This document shows positions 1-13,693 of a DNA stretch of 64,000 nt, piece by piece. The stretch is from Argiope bruennichi. Lineage: Eukaryota. Where the stretch lies: assembly GCF_947563725.1 (NCBI RefSeq), contig NC_079163.1:54694922-54758921 (forward strand), given 5' to 3'. The position numbers were made by a program, and so were the translations under genes. The notes under the pieces were generated by a model. That model worked only from the letters and a program-made list of their open reading frames with translations, had not been told where the DNA came from and ran no database searches. The stretch's first letter is position 1; each line of letters opens with the position of its first letter.

Positions 1-774
1 CCAAGAATTTTACAGTGCTTTACTCATTTTACTGCAAACTCTGTATATATTCCGTAAGAATAAAAAGATAGGATGTGTTTCTGAACAGTATTAAATGATA
101 AAAATAGATTTAGGGTTGATTTTCTATCACTTTTATTAGAAAACTGAAGTGAATCACTTATCGCAATTTCAGAAAAATCGCATAAAATAATGCCTTATCG
201 TATTCTTGATATGCAAATAACAAAATGTTACACAATTCTAAAAATATTTATTTTTTGTTTTCATTTCTAACTTAATTACAAAAAAATATTATTCGTTTCT
301 ATATTTAAGACTTGTCAGAGGGCTTGTAATGTGCCATAATTCGCAACACATATTTAAGACTAAATATTTCCTTACAGATAATATCAAATAATAGCATAGA
401 GCGTTTACCAATAATAACTTTACTAGTATTATTATTAAGAACCTCATAGAAATAATGCTGCAATAGAACTAGCTCCCATATATTTTTGATTTATGAATAT
501 TGTTTTCTTATCTTTTATTTATTCGATGAAGATTGTTATTGTATTTTCTTGTAAGCGTGAACTGCCTTTTATGCAAGTAAAGCTGGTTCCCATTAGGTTA
601 GATAATCTATAGGTTGTATACATCTGTTGGAGATCATACTATAGTAAATCTAATGCTTAGAAAGCCTTTGAAACAATATTACTAAGTATTCCGAAGAGTA
701 CGATTGCCGTTTGGTGAGTAATTTCATTAATGGTTACGATTTCCTGCTATCCATTTCAGCTTATTGAATGTGGT

Positions 775-812
775 AGTTGTCTAAATGGGACGTAAATATA
801 ACTAAACTACTT
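775..812 (+). mobile_element. Possible 3'-tail fragment of the same SINE family
   Basis: GTCTAAATGGGACGTAAATATAACTAAACTAC resembles the family tail AAAACGGGACGTTGATATAACTAAATTAAACT. Confidence 0.3.
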
Positions 813-1097
813 TCTTACAGGATAAAGACAACTATTAGCTGCATCTTTATCTTAAAAGAACAAATGTGTTTCAATCCAATAACGTATACAGGAGAGTTTC
901 CATTCAATAAATTTCCATTAACGAAATTCTCTGATGAAATTCTCTACAGAACCTTGAATTTGAACGGCATTTCAATTACTCTCTATTTTTACGAACGATA
1001 ATTTCAAAATGGTGAAATGTTTCTTTCTAAACATTTTTCAACTTCTCATTTGTGGAAGTTTTAGCAAAATCAACCAAATCAATCAGCAAAGAAAAAT

Positions 1098-1383
1098 GGG
1101 ACCATAGTGGCCTGGTGGTAAGAACTCGGCTTAGAAACCAGAGGGTTTTAGGTTTAAGACCCAATACCACCGAAGAACCGTCGCGTAAGCAGGTTTGGTG
1201 CACCTTAAATCCATCGGGGCCAAACATCCTCCCGCTAGTGTGTTGTGGAAGCTTGGTTGGGAGGGGTGCCAGCTCAGGTGTCGTCCTCGTCATCCGACCG
1301 CGGTTCAAAATTACTAGGTCCGTCCCAAAATAGCCCTAGTGTTGCTTTAAAACGGGACGTTGATATAACTAAATTAAACTAAA
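1098..1383 (+). mobile_element. tRNA-derived SINE, copy 1 (reference-like)
   Basis: The 5' head is tRNA-like: box-A-like TGGCCTGGTGG and box-B-like GGTTTAAGACC. It is followed by a central domain and the conserved 3' domain GGTGCCAGCTCAGGTGTCGTCCTCGTCATCCGACCGCGGTTCAAAATTACTAGGTCCGTCCCAAAATAGCCCTAGTGTTGCTTTAAAACGGGACGTTGATATAACTAAATTAAACTAAA. The same structure recurs at six other places in the window. Confidence 0.75.
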
Positions 1384-1983
1384 TGCCTTAGAAAAATGGC
1401 AGAATTGGAAAACAAAACATGGGAGTTGTTGAAGAAGTAAGATTTAATTTCTCCATGTTGAAGACTTTGTGATTGCTGAATATTATACGGACCAGGACAT
1501 ATTGAACTATGTTATGTAACATGAAATTACTAGAATGAATGATGAAGATAATAATGGAGATGATATTGAAATCCTTCCCAAGGACGAGATATTAATAGCA
1601 TTTGTTTACGAAGAAGAAAATGTTCAACAATCTGTAAAATTTTCCTGCATTTTAGAGATTTTTATTGGTATGAATATTTTAATACGTCCTCATGTATCTC
1701 TACCTAACTGCAGCTCCTTTAAGTGGTTAATTGTAAGAAATTTTCCATGCACTGTTAATTGTAAGAAACAATTAACTTTAATGAAAAATTCATGTAAACA
1801 GCCTCTCATACTTGTGATCACATCCTACTTAACAGTGCATGGAAAAAATTTCTGAATATCGCCCGTCTATCCCTCGTCAGGGTAGAAATCAAAATAAAAC
1901 GTTTAATGTGTTATTTAAGAGTGTTATGTGTTATTCAAATTTCTGAAAATTGTGTTGCTCAAATTTTTACAATCAACTGCTCA

Positions 1984-2004
1984 AAAAAAAAAAAAAAAAA
2001 AAAA
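1984..2004. repeat. A21 homopolymer
   Basis: Read directly. Confidence 0.9.
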
Positions 2005-2357
2005 TGTGATCATTTTAGGATTTGAGTTAGTCAATGAAATGGAGTCCGTTTTTGTTTTAGTTTTTTTCCTTCGTTTTTATGAATTATTTTACAAATATCT
2101 ATTGAACGAATTTTCTTTATAAGTAGAAAGACTTCACTAAATAGAGACATGATTTTATTCTATCTTACGTGAATATCCAAACACGTATTCGAAATTCTGG
2201 TTTAATGTGTTTCGGAGCATGATATTTGAGCTACATAAGAATATAAATCAAAGTTTATAATATTTTAAATAGAGAATAAAGTTCTGTGTAGTTTATTTAA
2301 TTTTTAAGAAAAATTCTTTTGTAATAAAAATGTTCATCTGCCTTTTACATAAAAATA

Positions 2358-2617
2358 AGGGCCACGAGTACCTCGTGGTAGAGTCTCGCCTTCGTGATCG
2401 GAGGGTCAATTTTTCGAGACTGATTATGCGGTAAATCCTCTTTGCATATGGATTTGATATTTTTTAAATCTCTTTAGGGGTGAACTCCTCCCATTTATGT
2501 AGAGTGAAAGTTTGGAGAATGAGTGGAATCGGCTCAGGCGTGGTCCTTTTCATTTGATCACGTTTCAAATCCGTTCCAAAGCAGTTTCAAATCGAAACTT
2601 CAGAACTAAACTAAACT
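2358..2617 (+). mobile_element. tRNA-derived SINE, copy 2 (divergent head)
   Basis: The head GGGCCACGAGTACCTCGTGGTAGAGTCTCGCC...GATCGGAGGGT is different. The 3' domain GGCTCAGGCGTGGTCCTTTTCATTTGATCACGTTTCAAATCCGTTCC...AACTAAACTAAACTAGG matches the family. Confidence 0.6.
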
Positions 2618-3257
2618 AGGACTTAAAATAATTATAAATATCTATATGAAACACCTAACATGCACTCAGCATTTTTCTTTATCGTATGTTATTTCGAATG
2701 TGATCTAATAGCTACAATGTATATAAGTCAAAGTTTATAAATTGTTAGGTAGAAAACAACATTCTGTACAGTACATCTGTAAAACAATATACATATATTC
2801 TTTCTTCTATCAAAAGTTGTTTATTTCATAGGTTCACACGTTTCTAATTCATGAAATTTCTTGAAAGTCATCAAGAAAGCTTTGCAACGCCATCTTTTGG
2901 TGTTGTGAAAACTTACTTTCCGGAATACCCTCGTCTTTCTAAAAATATAATTAAATCATCATTTTTGCTGCATATCCTTACATCTTTGCTCAAAATATAT
3001 CTTAACGCATTTTTTTCTTGATAATATCCATACTGTAAACAGAAAACATTATGCATCCAGTATTATGTATAATACCTGGAAGACCGAACTTAGCTCGGCA
3101 TTTTTTTAAATATAAAAGCGTGTTTTTTCTGTAAAAATATTTAGATACTGATCGCATACGGATTAAATATGAATATTTCCCAATCTTATCGACATATGAG
3201 CTGGTCATTTAATAAAAATCATAAATGCACGTAGTTTAACATGTTATTCGAAACAAT

Positions 3258-3306
3258 GCGCTATATTACATTTCGCGCTATATTCATTTTGCGCTATATT
3301 CATTTT
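3258..3306. repeat. Short tandem repeat GCGCTATATTCATTTT, 3 copies, with another copy at 3378-3392
   Basis: Read directly from the sequence. Confidence 0.8.
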
Positions 3307-3445
3307 GCAGTTTGTCTACCATTATTTATATTTTTGCTTACACTGAGTTTTATCATATAGAAATTGGGTCCAAGATGGCGCTATATTACATTGTCAGCAT
3401 GAGAGTAGATAGAAAAAAGCTCTAATTGTTAGATATAAAAAAAAA

Positions 3446-3493
3446 GTGTGTGTGTGTGTGTCTGTGTCTGTGTCTGTCTGTCTGTGTGTGTGT
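3446..3493. repeat. Compound (GT)n/(CTGT)n microsatellite
   Basis: gtgtgtgtgtgtgtctgtgtctgtgtctgtctgtctgtgtgtgtgtg. Confidence 0.95.
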
Positions 3494-5675
3494 AAAATCA
3501 CGTTTTTTCAGGAAAGACACCTACAGAGATCAAATTAAAGAGAAAAACATTAAATGTAAATACATAAGTAGAAAAAATAAAGCAAAAAACGGGAGTCCAA
3601 CCGAGGACCCACAACACACGCGTCATTCATGTTGTTCTTGTCAGTATACTGCATTACCCACACTTCGAAGCGGAATATACTTATTCTAATATTTAGTTAT
3701 AAAAAATCTTTTTTCGTGTGTAAAATCGCGTTTTTGCAGTAAAGACACCTATATAGATAAACTTAAAAGGCAAAACCTTATCTAAATATAAAATTTTATC
3801 CAAAATTTGATAAAGGAACGCAAAATAAATAAATTTATATATATACCAGAATTGCTTGTTTAAACTTATATATTAAGAATGCACTAGGCGATGGCCAGAA
3901 TTCCATTTAAATCGAGGATTTTAGTGGAAAATCAGAGAAATGCTTTTCTCCATTTTATGGCATTAAACGCTTGGTACTTTTAAACCTCCTATAGGTTTAC
4001 CTATTCACTTCTTCACTCGTTAACAGTAATCTATTAATCTATCATGCATATCTGTATACATTAGGACAGTAGCGTACAGGGTAATTAGACACTGTGTGCA
4101 GGTTCATTAGAGACTGTTATCTGATAAGGTGGATATCGAATGAAGAATGAATTTTTAATGATTTAGTGATATAGCATATGTACCAACCAGTACATAGTTG
4201 TAAAATCTCTTCTAGCCTACCTTTCGTACCATCCCCATTTTAAATCACAAAGATATACGATGTAATCCCTTTAGACCGGTTTTGAATTTGCTTGTTTCTA
4301 TTTTTCTCTCATACTTGTTGGAGTACAATAGGAGAAGAAAGTACAGAATAATTTGGTACTGTGTACAGGATTATTCGAGACACAAAAGTTGAATAATAGG
4401 AGAAAAAAATTCCTACGTCTTAGTGGTAATCTTATCTATCAACCTTTACATGGGGGAAACCAGTACGACATTTTTCAATCGTAAAAAAATTCTAAGTTAT
4501 GTTTTTACATATGAAGAAAGGAGAACCATTATTACACAGAACCAATACCTGTTCAAAACGCTTTCTATACAATTTTACACAAACCAATGTAATTGGAATT
4601 GATTCACATAAAACAAGTGTTTTCGTATTATGTATTTTCATGCGCAGCGTTATATGCATTTATATATCTCGGCTTAAACTATAACTCGAAATGGGTATTT
4701 TTTTTTCCTTGGAGTGGGATCCATATTCTAAGGCAAGAGTAACGACAGGGTATTCTTCCATTATACTTTTCTGTTTCAAGAAAATGAAACATTTTATACT
4801 TCTCAAGTAAACTTTCGGGACATTAAATCTTGTAAGCTACTTTTACATTATTTTCGGAAAAGATATCTTTGATTATAATAAAAATAAATGGTAAACTCCT
4901 TTTACAGTTAGTCTCGACTCCCTGATCGATATCGTAGGACTTACTACAGAAGCTCTGATCTAGAAATTCTTTTTTCTAGGGCCAGACTAATGAATTAAAG
5001 ACAAAAGAACTGCGAATTCGGAGGGCGTTTCTAACAAAACATAGTTCCCTGCAAGCAAATACTTTAAATTCATAAATTGTCTGAATATCTGTCTAATCTT
5101 ACCGAACAAAAGATATTCTATGAGAGTTTAAAATTCATACAAGCAAAACTGTTACTTAACATATTAAATAAAAAATTCAAGAATCTTCATAAAAATATTA
5201 AAAAATTATAAAAATTTACAATCAAATGCTTATCTGTTAAGCAACGTTTTGCAAAGGATTAAAGACCAATTAACGTGTCAAAACTCAGATTTTGTTATTT
5301 TGATGACATGAAAATTATATGAAGTTTGGTTTGAACACGCGATGATTTTATTATTTAATGAGGCGATTAGGACGCCAACCAGATTTCCAGGTGAAAAAGC
5401 ATTTTTTAAATTTCTTTTTTTAATCTAAACTGAATGGTTAAATTATTATTTATGATAATTCATATTTGGTGCTTTAAATTTTTTTTCTGTAAAATAAGTT
5501 AATTTGCAGCTTGGATGGTAAATTAAAAAAAAAATATATCCTCATTAATTCATAAATCTGTATCCGGACAGCCAATAAATAAACAGAATAATAAAATGTT
5601 TAGGTGTGTTTCTTTTTTTTTTCCTTGTATCACCATGGAATATAGTATAATTATCCTCTATTGACGTTTAATGCC

Positions 5676-5917
5676 GCAATGGATTGTTGATTACGATTCA
5701 GCTTCAGGATCGGAGGGTTCCCGGTTCGAAACCGGATTTCAAGGAAGAATCGCAGCATAAACATCCGTCAAGGCAGAATGTCCTTTTCCGCGGTAGCTCG
5801 AGGAATAGGCGGCCCACTCAGGTGCCATCCTCGTCACCTGACAGCGGGTCTTATTTATAAAGCCTTTTCCAAAATAGACATAGTGTTGTTTCAAGATGAG
5901 ACGTTAACGTAACCATA
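5676..5917 (+). mobile_element. tRNA-derived SINE, copy 3
   Basis: The head shows GATCGGAGGGTTCCCGGTTCGAAACCGGATTTCAAGGAAGAATCG. The tail shows ACTCAGGTGCCATCCTCGTCACCTGACAGCGGG...AAAATAGACATAGTGTTGTTTCAAGATGAGACGTTAACGTAACCATA. Confidence 0.65.
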
Positions 5918-6966
5918 TTCGCCTCACACCTAGATGAAATCATTCCTTCAGGCTATAACTGCAAAAGAATATTATTTACTCTCTCATCATAAGCAAGTGA
6001 AGATTTTTTAATTCTAAGTATATTTTTAAATTGTTCATGAATAAGGGAATATGGAGCAAATCTTATTTTTTCCTTCGCAGTTAGACTAAAACTTTCATCT
6101 TAACAAAAATTCAGAAGTGATATTGGCTAACCATAACCAGGAATTTGATTAGCACTCTATTACCACCGACGCCCAGAAAGGAAAGAAGCCGTAAAAATTT
6201 TTTTAGTCTTTTATTCATTTTAGGCGGGGATTTTCTCTAAAAAGAACTGACCTGGCATTTCTTTTGAGACTTTTGATTTTCACGCAGTGCGGCAGATCAA
6301 CGTTAGACAGTTAAAGTTACAGTAATTAAACCATGAAATTAGAAAGAAAAACCAAAAAATCCTCACGACTCAGAAGTAAAGTAAAAGCGTTTTTATGTTT
6401 GAATTTAAGTGGTTAGAAAAACACGGAAAAATTTTATGAATTATATAGTTAAGGAGGGAGGTAGTGAGGACTTAGAGAGGGGGGGGAGTAAGTTTTTTTT
6501 TTTAAAGACTACTTCATTTGGAGGTCCTTCATATCCCTCATCTAGCTGAAATTGAATGATGAGTACCACAGCAAACATGTTCAACGTACTTTATTTTTTT
6601 ACCTCGAAGAATTTAAGAACATTTTTTATTTGTCTGAAAATTTTTATAAATAGTTATAATGTTGTTGATCTTGTCTTTTGTTGTCATTAAGAGGTAATGG
6701 AAATAAAAAATAACTGAATTAAAAATAATATGTTAACTAAAATGAAAAAGAACAATAAATGAAAAACGAAAATGTTCACTTATCATGCTACCCTAGTAAC
6801 AAATATATACTGCACAGTATCTTTCAGTATCGACAATATCGTATGATTCTGCATAATACCATTAATAACATATAATAGCAAAAATATTGTACAATGTCAT
6901 AAATCATGTTGTGCCGCTTGGATTTCTAGATATGTGGGAGGATATAAAGAAGGTATTTCACTTCAT

Positions 6967-7040
6967 ATTTATGCATAGTTTATTCATATAATTTATGCAT
7001 AGTTTATTCGTATAGTTTATGCATAGTTTATTCATAGTTA
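6967..7040. repeat. Tandem repeat of about 21 bp, ATTTATGCATAGTTTATTCAT, about 3.5 copies
   Basis: The unit repeats visibly with small variants. Confidence 0.85.
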
Positions 7041-8700
7041 TTTATTCATATTATGCATATGCTTATCAAAGTGCCTCTTATAGAAAAAATAAACATACAA
7101 AAATACTAATCGAAATACAAGAAAGAAAAGAGAAGAAATTCATGGAAAGAATATCATAAAAATATTACTCTTAGGGAGGAGAAATAGCCAAATTATTGAA
7201 AGAGTAGAATATTTTCAGAGCAATGATTAGCGAATTATCATTAAATAAAGGACATTATACCCTCAAAAATACCAATAGAATATTAAACAATCCTAGAGTA
7301 TCTTATTCTTATTATTATGTTTTGTCAATTTTTGTATCTCTGTGTTAAATAATGTATAAAATAATTGAGTCATTTGTGCTATATTTTTCCTATTTCTTTC
7401 TAATTATTTCAATCAAACAGGACTTGAGAAAACATTACTTGTAAAAGGAAAAAATCTAATGAAGATCTTTATTCTCAAGACCCTGTGTAATAAGAGAGCC
7501 TCCTCTTTGAAAAAAAAATACTCGAGAAATGATGCTTTTATTTGCGGAATACTTATCAATCTCTAATTCATGCAATATACAGCTCTAAAAGCTAAATGCT
7601 AGAATTATACAGCCTCTTGTGCGAATTTCTTTTTTAAGGCAGAATAATTATGAATAAAAGATAATTATTTCGTCTCTATTGTCCAGCTTAATTCAAATTA
7701 AAGTATGATCTATTCTTTCGGTGGTTGAATAATAAATAATTCAGATGGTTGAATAATCATGATAGACACAAAGTTTCGGTAAATATGTATTCTGTTAGAC
7801 ATTATCTGAAAATGGCAGTAAGGTATTACTAGCGCCATCTGTGGGGTAAAAGCGTAAAGAAAAGATTTCGAGTGAAAAATAACACTGAAATATTAAGCAT
7901 CCTTTTCAACTACATATTTTATTTATTTTCCCTTCAGATAACAATATTTCCTGGTATTTTTTAAAAATTTTGTTTGTGTTTCATTGTTTCTTGTTCTTAT
8001 ATATTTTTTTTCATGGCGCTTCATTTCAGTATATATTTCTTTCTTTATATTTCGCTATAAATTTCGTTAATAATCAATTTTTATCTGTACTTTGGAGAAT
8101 GGCAAATAAAATAGTTAGAAAATGAAATGAATTTTCACTAAGTTTCTAGACTTTTAATATTAGTGAAATCCTTTCGGTGTACATTTATATAAGTGCATAC
8201 TGATTCAGAAGTAAGGAAAAGTTTTAAAAAATCAATAAATCGCAAATAAATCATATGTAAAGATACCGACTGCATAAAAAGAACTGAAATAAAACTGAAA
8301 TCTTTTGAAGATGAAATTAAAAATTATTAATTGCAGAGAGTGCAATTTAAAACACTGTTTTTGAAGGTGGTAAAGTGATATAATGTGTAAAATAAAATAT
8401 CTTAAAATGATTTAGTATGTCATCGTCCATTCTGTAGTAATATTCTAATAAGAAATCAGTTTTTCACAGCATTATGTGACGTTTCTGTCATTATCTTCGG
8501 ATCTCTCTCAATTCCCTCTTCCGTATGATTTGGTATTGTGGAGACTAGAATAAGACTTTGTATAAACTAGCCGCCTTCAACGATCAGCTGCTCAATCATC
8601 ATTTCAATTTTCTGAGTGTTTTCAGTCTCAAAATTTGACAGATTTATCTAAAAATATTTTTAATTGATTCCTTAAATGAAATACTTATTATCTTTCATTA

Positions 8701-8956
8701 CTCAGATCGTTATGTTTGAGAGTTCCTGGTTCGAAACTCGATTCCATCGAAGAACTGTAGTGTAAATGTATTTGATGCAATTAAATCCGCACAGGTCCAA
8801 ATATCTTTCAGTTAGTGTAATGCGGAAGTTTAGAGACGGGGATGCCAACTCCAATACAGCTCTTTTTATTTGACCACAGTTCAAAATTATGTGGTCCATA
8901 CCAAAATATAGCCCACGGATTTCTTCATAATGGGACATTAATATAAATACTAAACT
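8701..8956 (+). mobile_element. tRNA-derived SINE, copy 4
   Basis: The head shows GAGAGTTCCTGGTTCGAAACTCGATTCCATCGAAGAACTG. The tail shows GACCACAGTTCAAAATTATGTGGTCCATACCAAAATATAGCCCACGG...AATGGGACATTAATATAAATACTAAACT. Confidence 0.65.
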
Positions 8957-9673
8957 CTTATCCATAATAAAAATTTATTAAGACTAATTTAGTTTTTACA
9001 CATTTTTTTAAATTAAACTTTGTTTTTTAATATATTGTTGTTTAATATTCCCTCTTCAGTTGAGAAAATGTCAGGACCTACACTTTCTCGAGTTAGTAAA
9101 ATACATAAAATTTTTCAAGATATGATAGACTAATGAAAACAATCATTCAGATAATCAACTTTTTGCAGATGCAAGTGTGATATCAGAATACAGATGTCTG
9201 GAATGCAAGTATTACAGATAAAATTGAAGCCATTCCTGTTGTGTCAAGCTATGTTGTGGATATAAAAAATAAAATCAGTGAGGTATAGAATCGTGCAGCA
9301 CAAAATCAAACTAAATGAATTGGACCGATTTTAAAATTAAGAAGGTTTTATGTATAAAACTGCTAATTATTAATTCTGTGTTATTTTTTATCATTATTTT
9401 ATATAAGTCTATTGCGTTCGGAACTTTTATTAAAATATTGAGTTTATGTTAAGCCTTATATATTGCTGTCGCAACAATGCTACTGATACTGGGCAAAAAC
9501 AATGTATTTTGAATACGGAAAAAATATATTCAATCTCATTGAGTGATATAGTTTTTTCCTGCATTCTATAAGTTCAGAAATAACATATTTAAAAAGTTAG
9601 TTCTTCAAACATTACTATTGTTTAATGCCTTTTGCATTTTTCTCAGATTTTTATAGAGGGACACAGAAATTGG

Positions 9674-9920
9674 AAGGATGGCCACCGCATTGGAGACCTG
9701 AGGGTTTCAGGTTTGAGACAGGATTTCACCGAAGCCGGTCCGGAGCATGATAAATACGTCGGACAAAAAAATCCTCCTATTGGTGCGGCATGAAATTTCG
9801 GAGAAAGGGTGCTAGCAAAAGTGCCGTCCTCGTCATTTGACCGTGCTTCAAAATTATTACCTTCTTCACAAAATAGTCCTAATGTTGTTTTAAAACGGGA
9901 TGTTGATATATAAGTTAAAT
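9674..9920 (+). mobile_element. tRNA-derived SINE, copy 5
   Basis: The head shows GGATGGCCACCGCATTGGAGACCTGAGGGTTTCAGGTTTGAGACAGGATTTCACCGAAG. The tail shows GTGCCGTCCTCGTCATTTGACCGTGCTTCAAAATTATTACC...AATAGTCCTAATGTTGTTTTAAAACGGGATGTTGATATATAAGTTAAAT. Confidence 0.7.
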
Positions 9921-12900
9921 AGACTTTTACTTGTATTGATGCAAGTGTTTTCTATTCTCTAAAACTTTTTTTTCTGTTTAAGATAGAATTTTGAAATCTT
10001 TTGTAGATACATTCATATATAGGGACTACAAGAATATGTATTTAAATCTGTGAGCTCGAATTATTTTTAAAACTGTCAAAAAGATTGCTTTTAGAATTGT
10101 CATAATTTTTGTCAGGTTTAGATACAAAGAATCAAATCTTCATTCACATACCAGCGTTTGTTTCCAGTAGTCCAACAAATAAAAATAACTTAAAATGAAA
10201 ATATTAAATATTATGTATCTTACAAGAATTTTAAAAATCTCACTGAATAAATGGACCTGCTAAGCTGACCTTTTTGTGATAATCTGTTTAATAGTATGCT
10301 TTTAATATTACTGTCCTTAAATTACAGTTGCCCTACTAACAATTGACAATAAAAAATTAATTGGCGAAATCGGTCCGGTGGTTGTGGGATCTGCCAAAGC
10401 ATTATTTTGCGATATCTGCGATAAAACGTAGTTTTGCTATATGGAGAACGGTGGAGAGAAAGAGAAACATTGATGACAAGTCTTAGGGTCATAAACTTTT
10501 ATATGAAATGAAAATCATTAAAATTGGTAGAGTGGTTGTGATTGGGAAACTCCGTCACGGTTTTTATCTTAAGAGAATGCTTAATGAAGTAGTGTTTCCA
10601 AGATTTTTTTTCAAAAAATGGAATGCATAGGGGGAGAAGGTCACCGTTGATACATATCTAGGGGTTGCAAACTTTCTTATAAAATAAAAATCTGACTAAT
10701 GGTTAAAACTAAGGTTTTGATCCTTGGTTTTTGCCTTTATATATTATCCATGTCAACTATGCTATTATCTTAAATGCAGTTTTTCTGAAACTATTTAAGT
10801 ATGGGTTAAGAATATGACACATTTTATAAAAAAATTATTCTATTCAAGCATTATTAAATTAATAAAGCACTAAAATCAATTATAAGAAATAACGCATGTG
10901 TATGAATCCATTCCGGTCGTTGCACGATAATAAAACTAGTTATGTTATAAACACGCCATTGGTATTATGTATTTTGTGTTATTAACCTACTGTCATAAGC
11001 AAAGATAATTACATTTTTTGTTGAAAAACCAACAATACTAAGATCTTTTGCCATCAAACCCTATTTTTGTGTTACCCTATAATATCTAATTATTTCTTGA
11101 GCATTTCTCTTTGTATATTCTCAAGCTAGTCGCTTATTATATCCAATTTTATACAGTTCTGTTTCGAGTATGGCTGTATCGGCTGGCATCAAAAATGTTT
11201 TGTGTTTTCTATCTTCAGTTATTAGATATTAACTTAATATTTCAGTCATTAAACATCTTTAAATGTTAACGAATGTGAAACTTTTAAGTTATTCATAATT
11301 TCAATATAAAATGCAAATTATTATTACAGAGTCATCAAATATGGAAATATATAGAAAATATGAAGATTTTCATTTAATACTAATTGATATACTCGGTGTT
11401 ACTCAGTATAACTCTTTCATGGAAAATATTTCTAACTTGGAAAATATTTTGTATAAAATTAAAGAATACACAAAGTCCTTTTATCGTCTGAGATGCTCTT
11501 CAATTAAAACTAGAATATAAATTGAACCAAACGATTTTTAAAATTCATTTATAGCCGATTTCGTCCATAATTTATTAATATTTGTCATATTAGTATTCAA
11601 AATTTTGTTCGCAAAAGTATGAGAAAGATTTTAATGAAAATTTTGAAACAATTAATAATTTTTCATTATTGGAAACATAAAAATAAACCAAATCAATAAT
11701 TGCTCCAGATGTAAATTCTTAATCGAATGCTTTATTTTTATTTTTTAGAATTTCGCTAATGTGTTCTGGAAACAGAATTTCATGTGTATTTTTATTCTTC
11801 AGCAATAAAAAAAAAATATTTCATTTGCTCTTTAAAGTTATATTTTTCTAGCTTTCGTTTGAATTGGAGTGATGAACTTATGCCTTCTCTTAGCCGCTGA
11901 TAAATCATTACTTTCAAACTATCAAAGCATAGATATATGTATAACGATATGAAATTTAAAAAAAATAGTGTTAAAGTAGCTTAAAGTTTCAACAATATTT
12001 AACTAAGATGCACTTATGCTTCCTTATTTCAAAATTGTGAATTATTTTTTTTTAAATTAACAATAATTAAAAAAATAGCAAATCAAAAGTGTGAATAAAT
12101 TTTTTAAAAAATACCAATAATTAAAGGAAAAATCGCACAAATGTGAAATTTGTATCATTAAAAAGATAAAATTTTGAATTTTTAAATGGTGTAAAAATAT
12201 TTTTCTAGGATAATTTCCTCCGAAAGTTACTATGGGGAAAAGACTAAGTCGGTTAATTTTTCATAACCTGAAGTCATCGCTGCTGTTTCAGTCGCTCTCA
12301 AAAGCTTTACTCCCCCCCCCCCTGAGTGATTGACACGTGCTTGCTTTTAAGCATCGTTAAATAACTACTCTATTGCCAGTAGAAGAAGTTGTGAAAAGAT
12401 ATGTATAAATAAAAGAGGAATTTTGAAAAACAGCTGTGCTACTACCGAAGGAGAACTTTCCTTATTTTAATATCATCTAAGATAAATTTTTTAATTATAA
12501 CATTTGAAGGACGCAATAACTACACAGAAATGTAACAGTACCAATTACACAAAAATGTAATTGGCACTGTTGGAACAGTAAAATTTTGAATTTTAAAACT
12601 GTGTAAAATTATTATTTCTTGAGTAATGTTTTCCATATATATTTGGGGGGGAGCAATATTTTTGTTATTTCTAATTAATTCAATATTTAATTTTTGTATT
12701 TTGAAAAATTCGCAATATTCTTTGCCTTGTCTTGTATAATAAGTGTTCAAAATTTGGATAAATTTGCATCAGTTGTTTAAAAGATGTGGAATTACGTACA
12801 TTCATAGTCACGATGACTTTTATTTGCTTTAAAATTTCAACCCTTCAAAATTTTTCAGTTACTTCGTTGATATAACAGATTATTTATATTCATAAAGAAG

Positions 12901-13423
12901 AGAGGGCTAGTTGTAACGATTTTTGTAAAAATGCTTATATTGTTTAATTTTTTGCGATTCCTTGATTGTAACTATTTTTAGTAGCTAAATTATTTATTCA
13001 TAATATGGATAAAAAACATACAACGATTTTATTGGCTTTTGTACCAGAAATATTTTTCAAAACTTGCCGGCTGTTATAACTTGCCTTGGATATGAAGCAA
13101 ATCGTAACAGATGCGACGCAAGTTGTGATAATAAAAACAATAATATTTAAAATTATTTTCCTTTTACCATTTTTTCATTAATTAAAATGCACAAATCATT
13201 TGATAATTATTATTTCTTGAAATAATGATAATAAATGTTATCAAGCAATCTACTATAAAATATAGTTAAAATTATTTAACCAATTAGCATAAAAGTCAGT
13301 CTACAACAGAATTACAATTAACGCAACTAAATGGTTGACTGCTTCCTATCGTTCATATTTTGTACTCGTATTTTGCAAATTAGAAATTTGACTTATTTTT
13401 CCCTCATGAAAATTGCGAGTCAT

Positions 13424-13693
13424 GGAGGTCTGTTCTTTAATGTCTTATCTCCGGGGCTGGTGTGTTCCGGATTCGAGACCGGATTTCACTGAAGAACCGC
13501 TATGTAATCGGGTTTGGTGTATGCCAACTCTCTCAGGGCCAAACTTATTCCAGCTGGAGAGGCGTGGCAGCTTAAAGAGAGGGTGCCAACTTAGGCGCTA
13601 TCTTCATCATCTGAAAGTTATTAAAAGTACATGGTCTGCCTCATAATAAAACTAATGTTGCTTCAAAACGGGATGTTAGTGAAATAAACTAAG
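13424..13693 (+). mobile_element. tRNA-derived SINE, copy 6
   Basis: The head shows GGGGCTGGTGTGTTCCGGATTCGAGACCGGATTTCACTGAAGAACCG. The tail shows GGGTGCCAACTTAGGCGCTATCTTCATCATCTGA...AATGTTGCTTCAAAACGGGATGTTAGTGAAATAAACTAA. Confidence 0.7.

Noticed and set aside
1027-1333. Overlapping 93-aa ORFs on both strands (1027..1308 minus, 1052..1333 plus)
   Set aside because: They lie entirely inside SINE copy 1. The open frames come from the GC-richer SINE sequence, not from a gene. The same holds for the ORFs at 13413..13646 and 20569..20838, which sit inside copies 6 and 7.
3426-3689. 87-aa ORF beginning MLDIKKKCVCVCLCLCLSVCVCV
   Set aside because: It is a translation of the (GT)n/(CTGT)n microsatellite. 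It is low-complexity, not coding.
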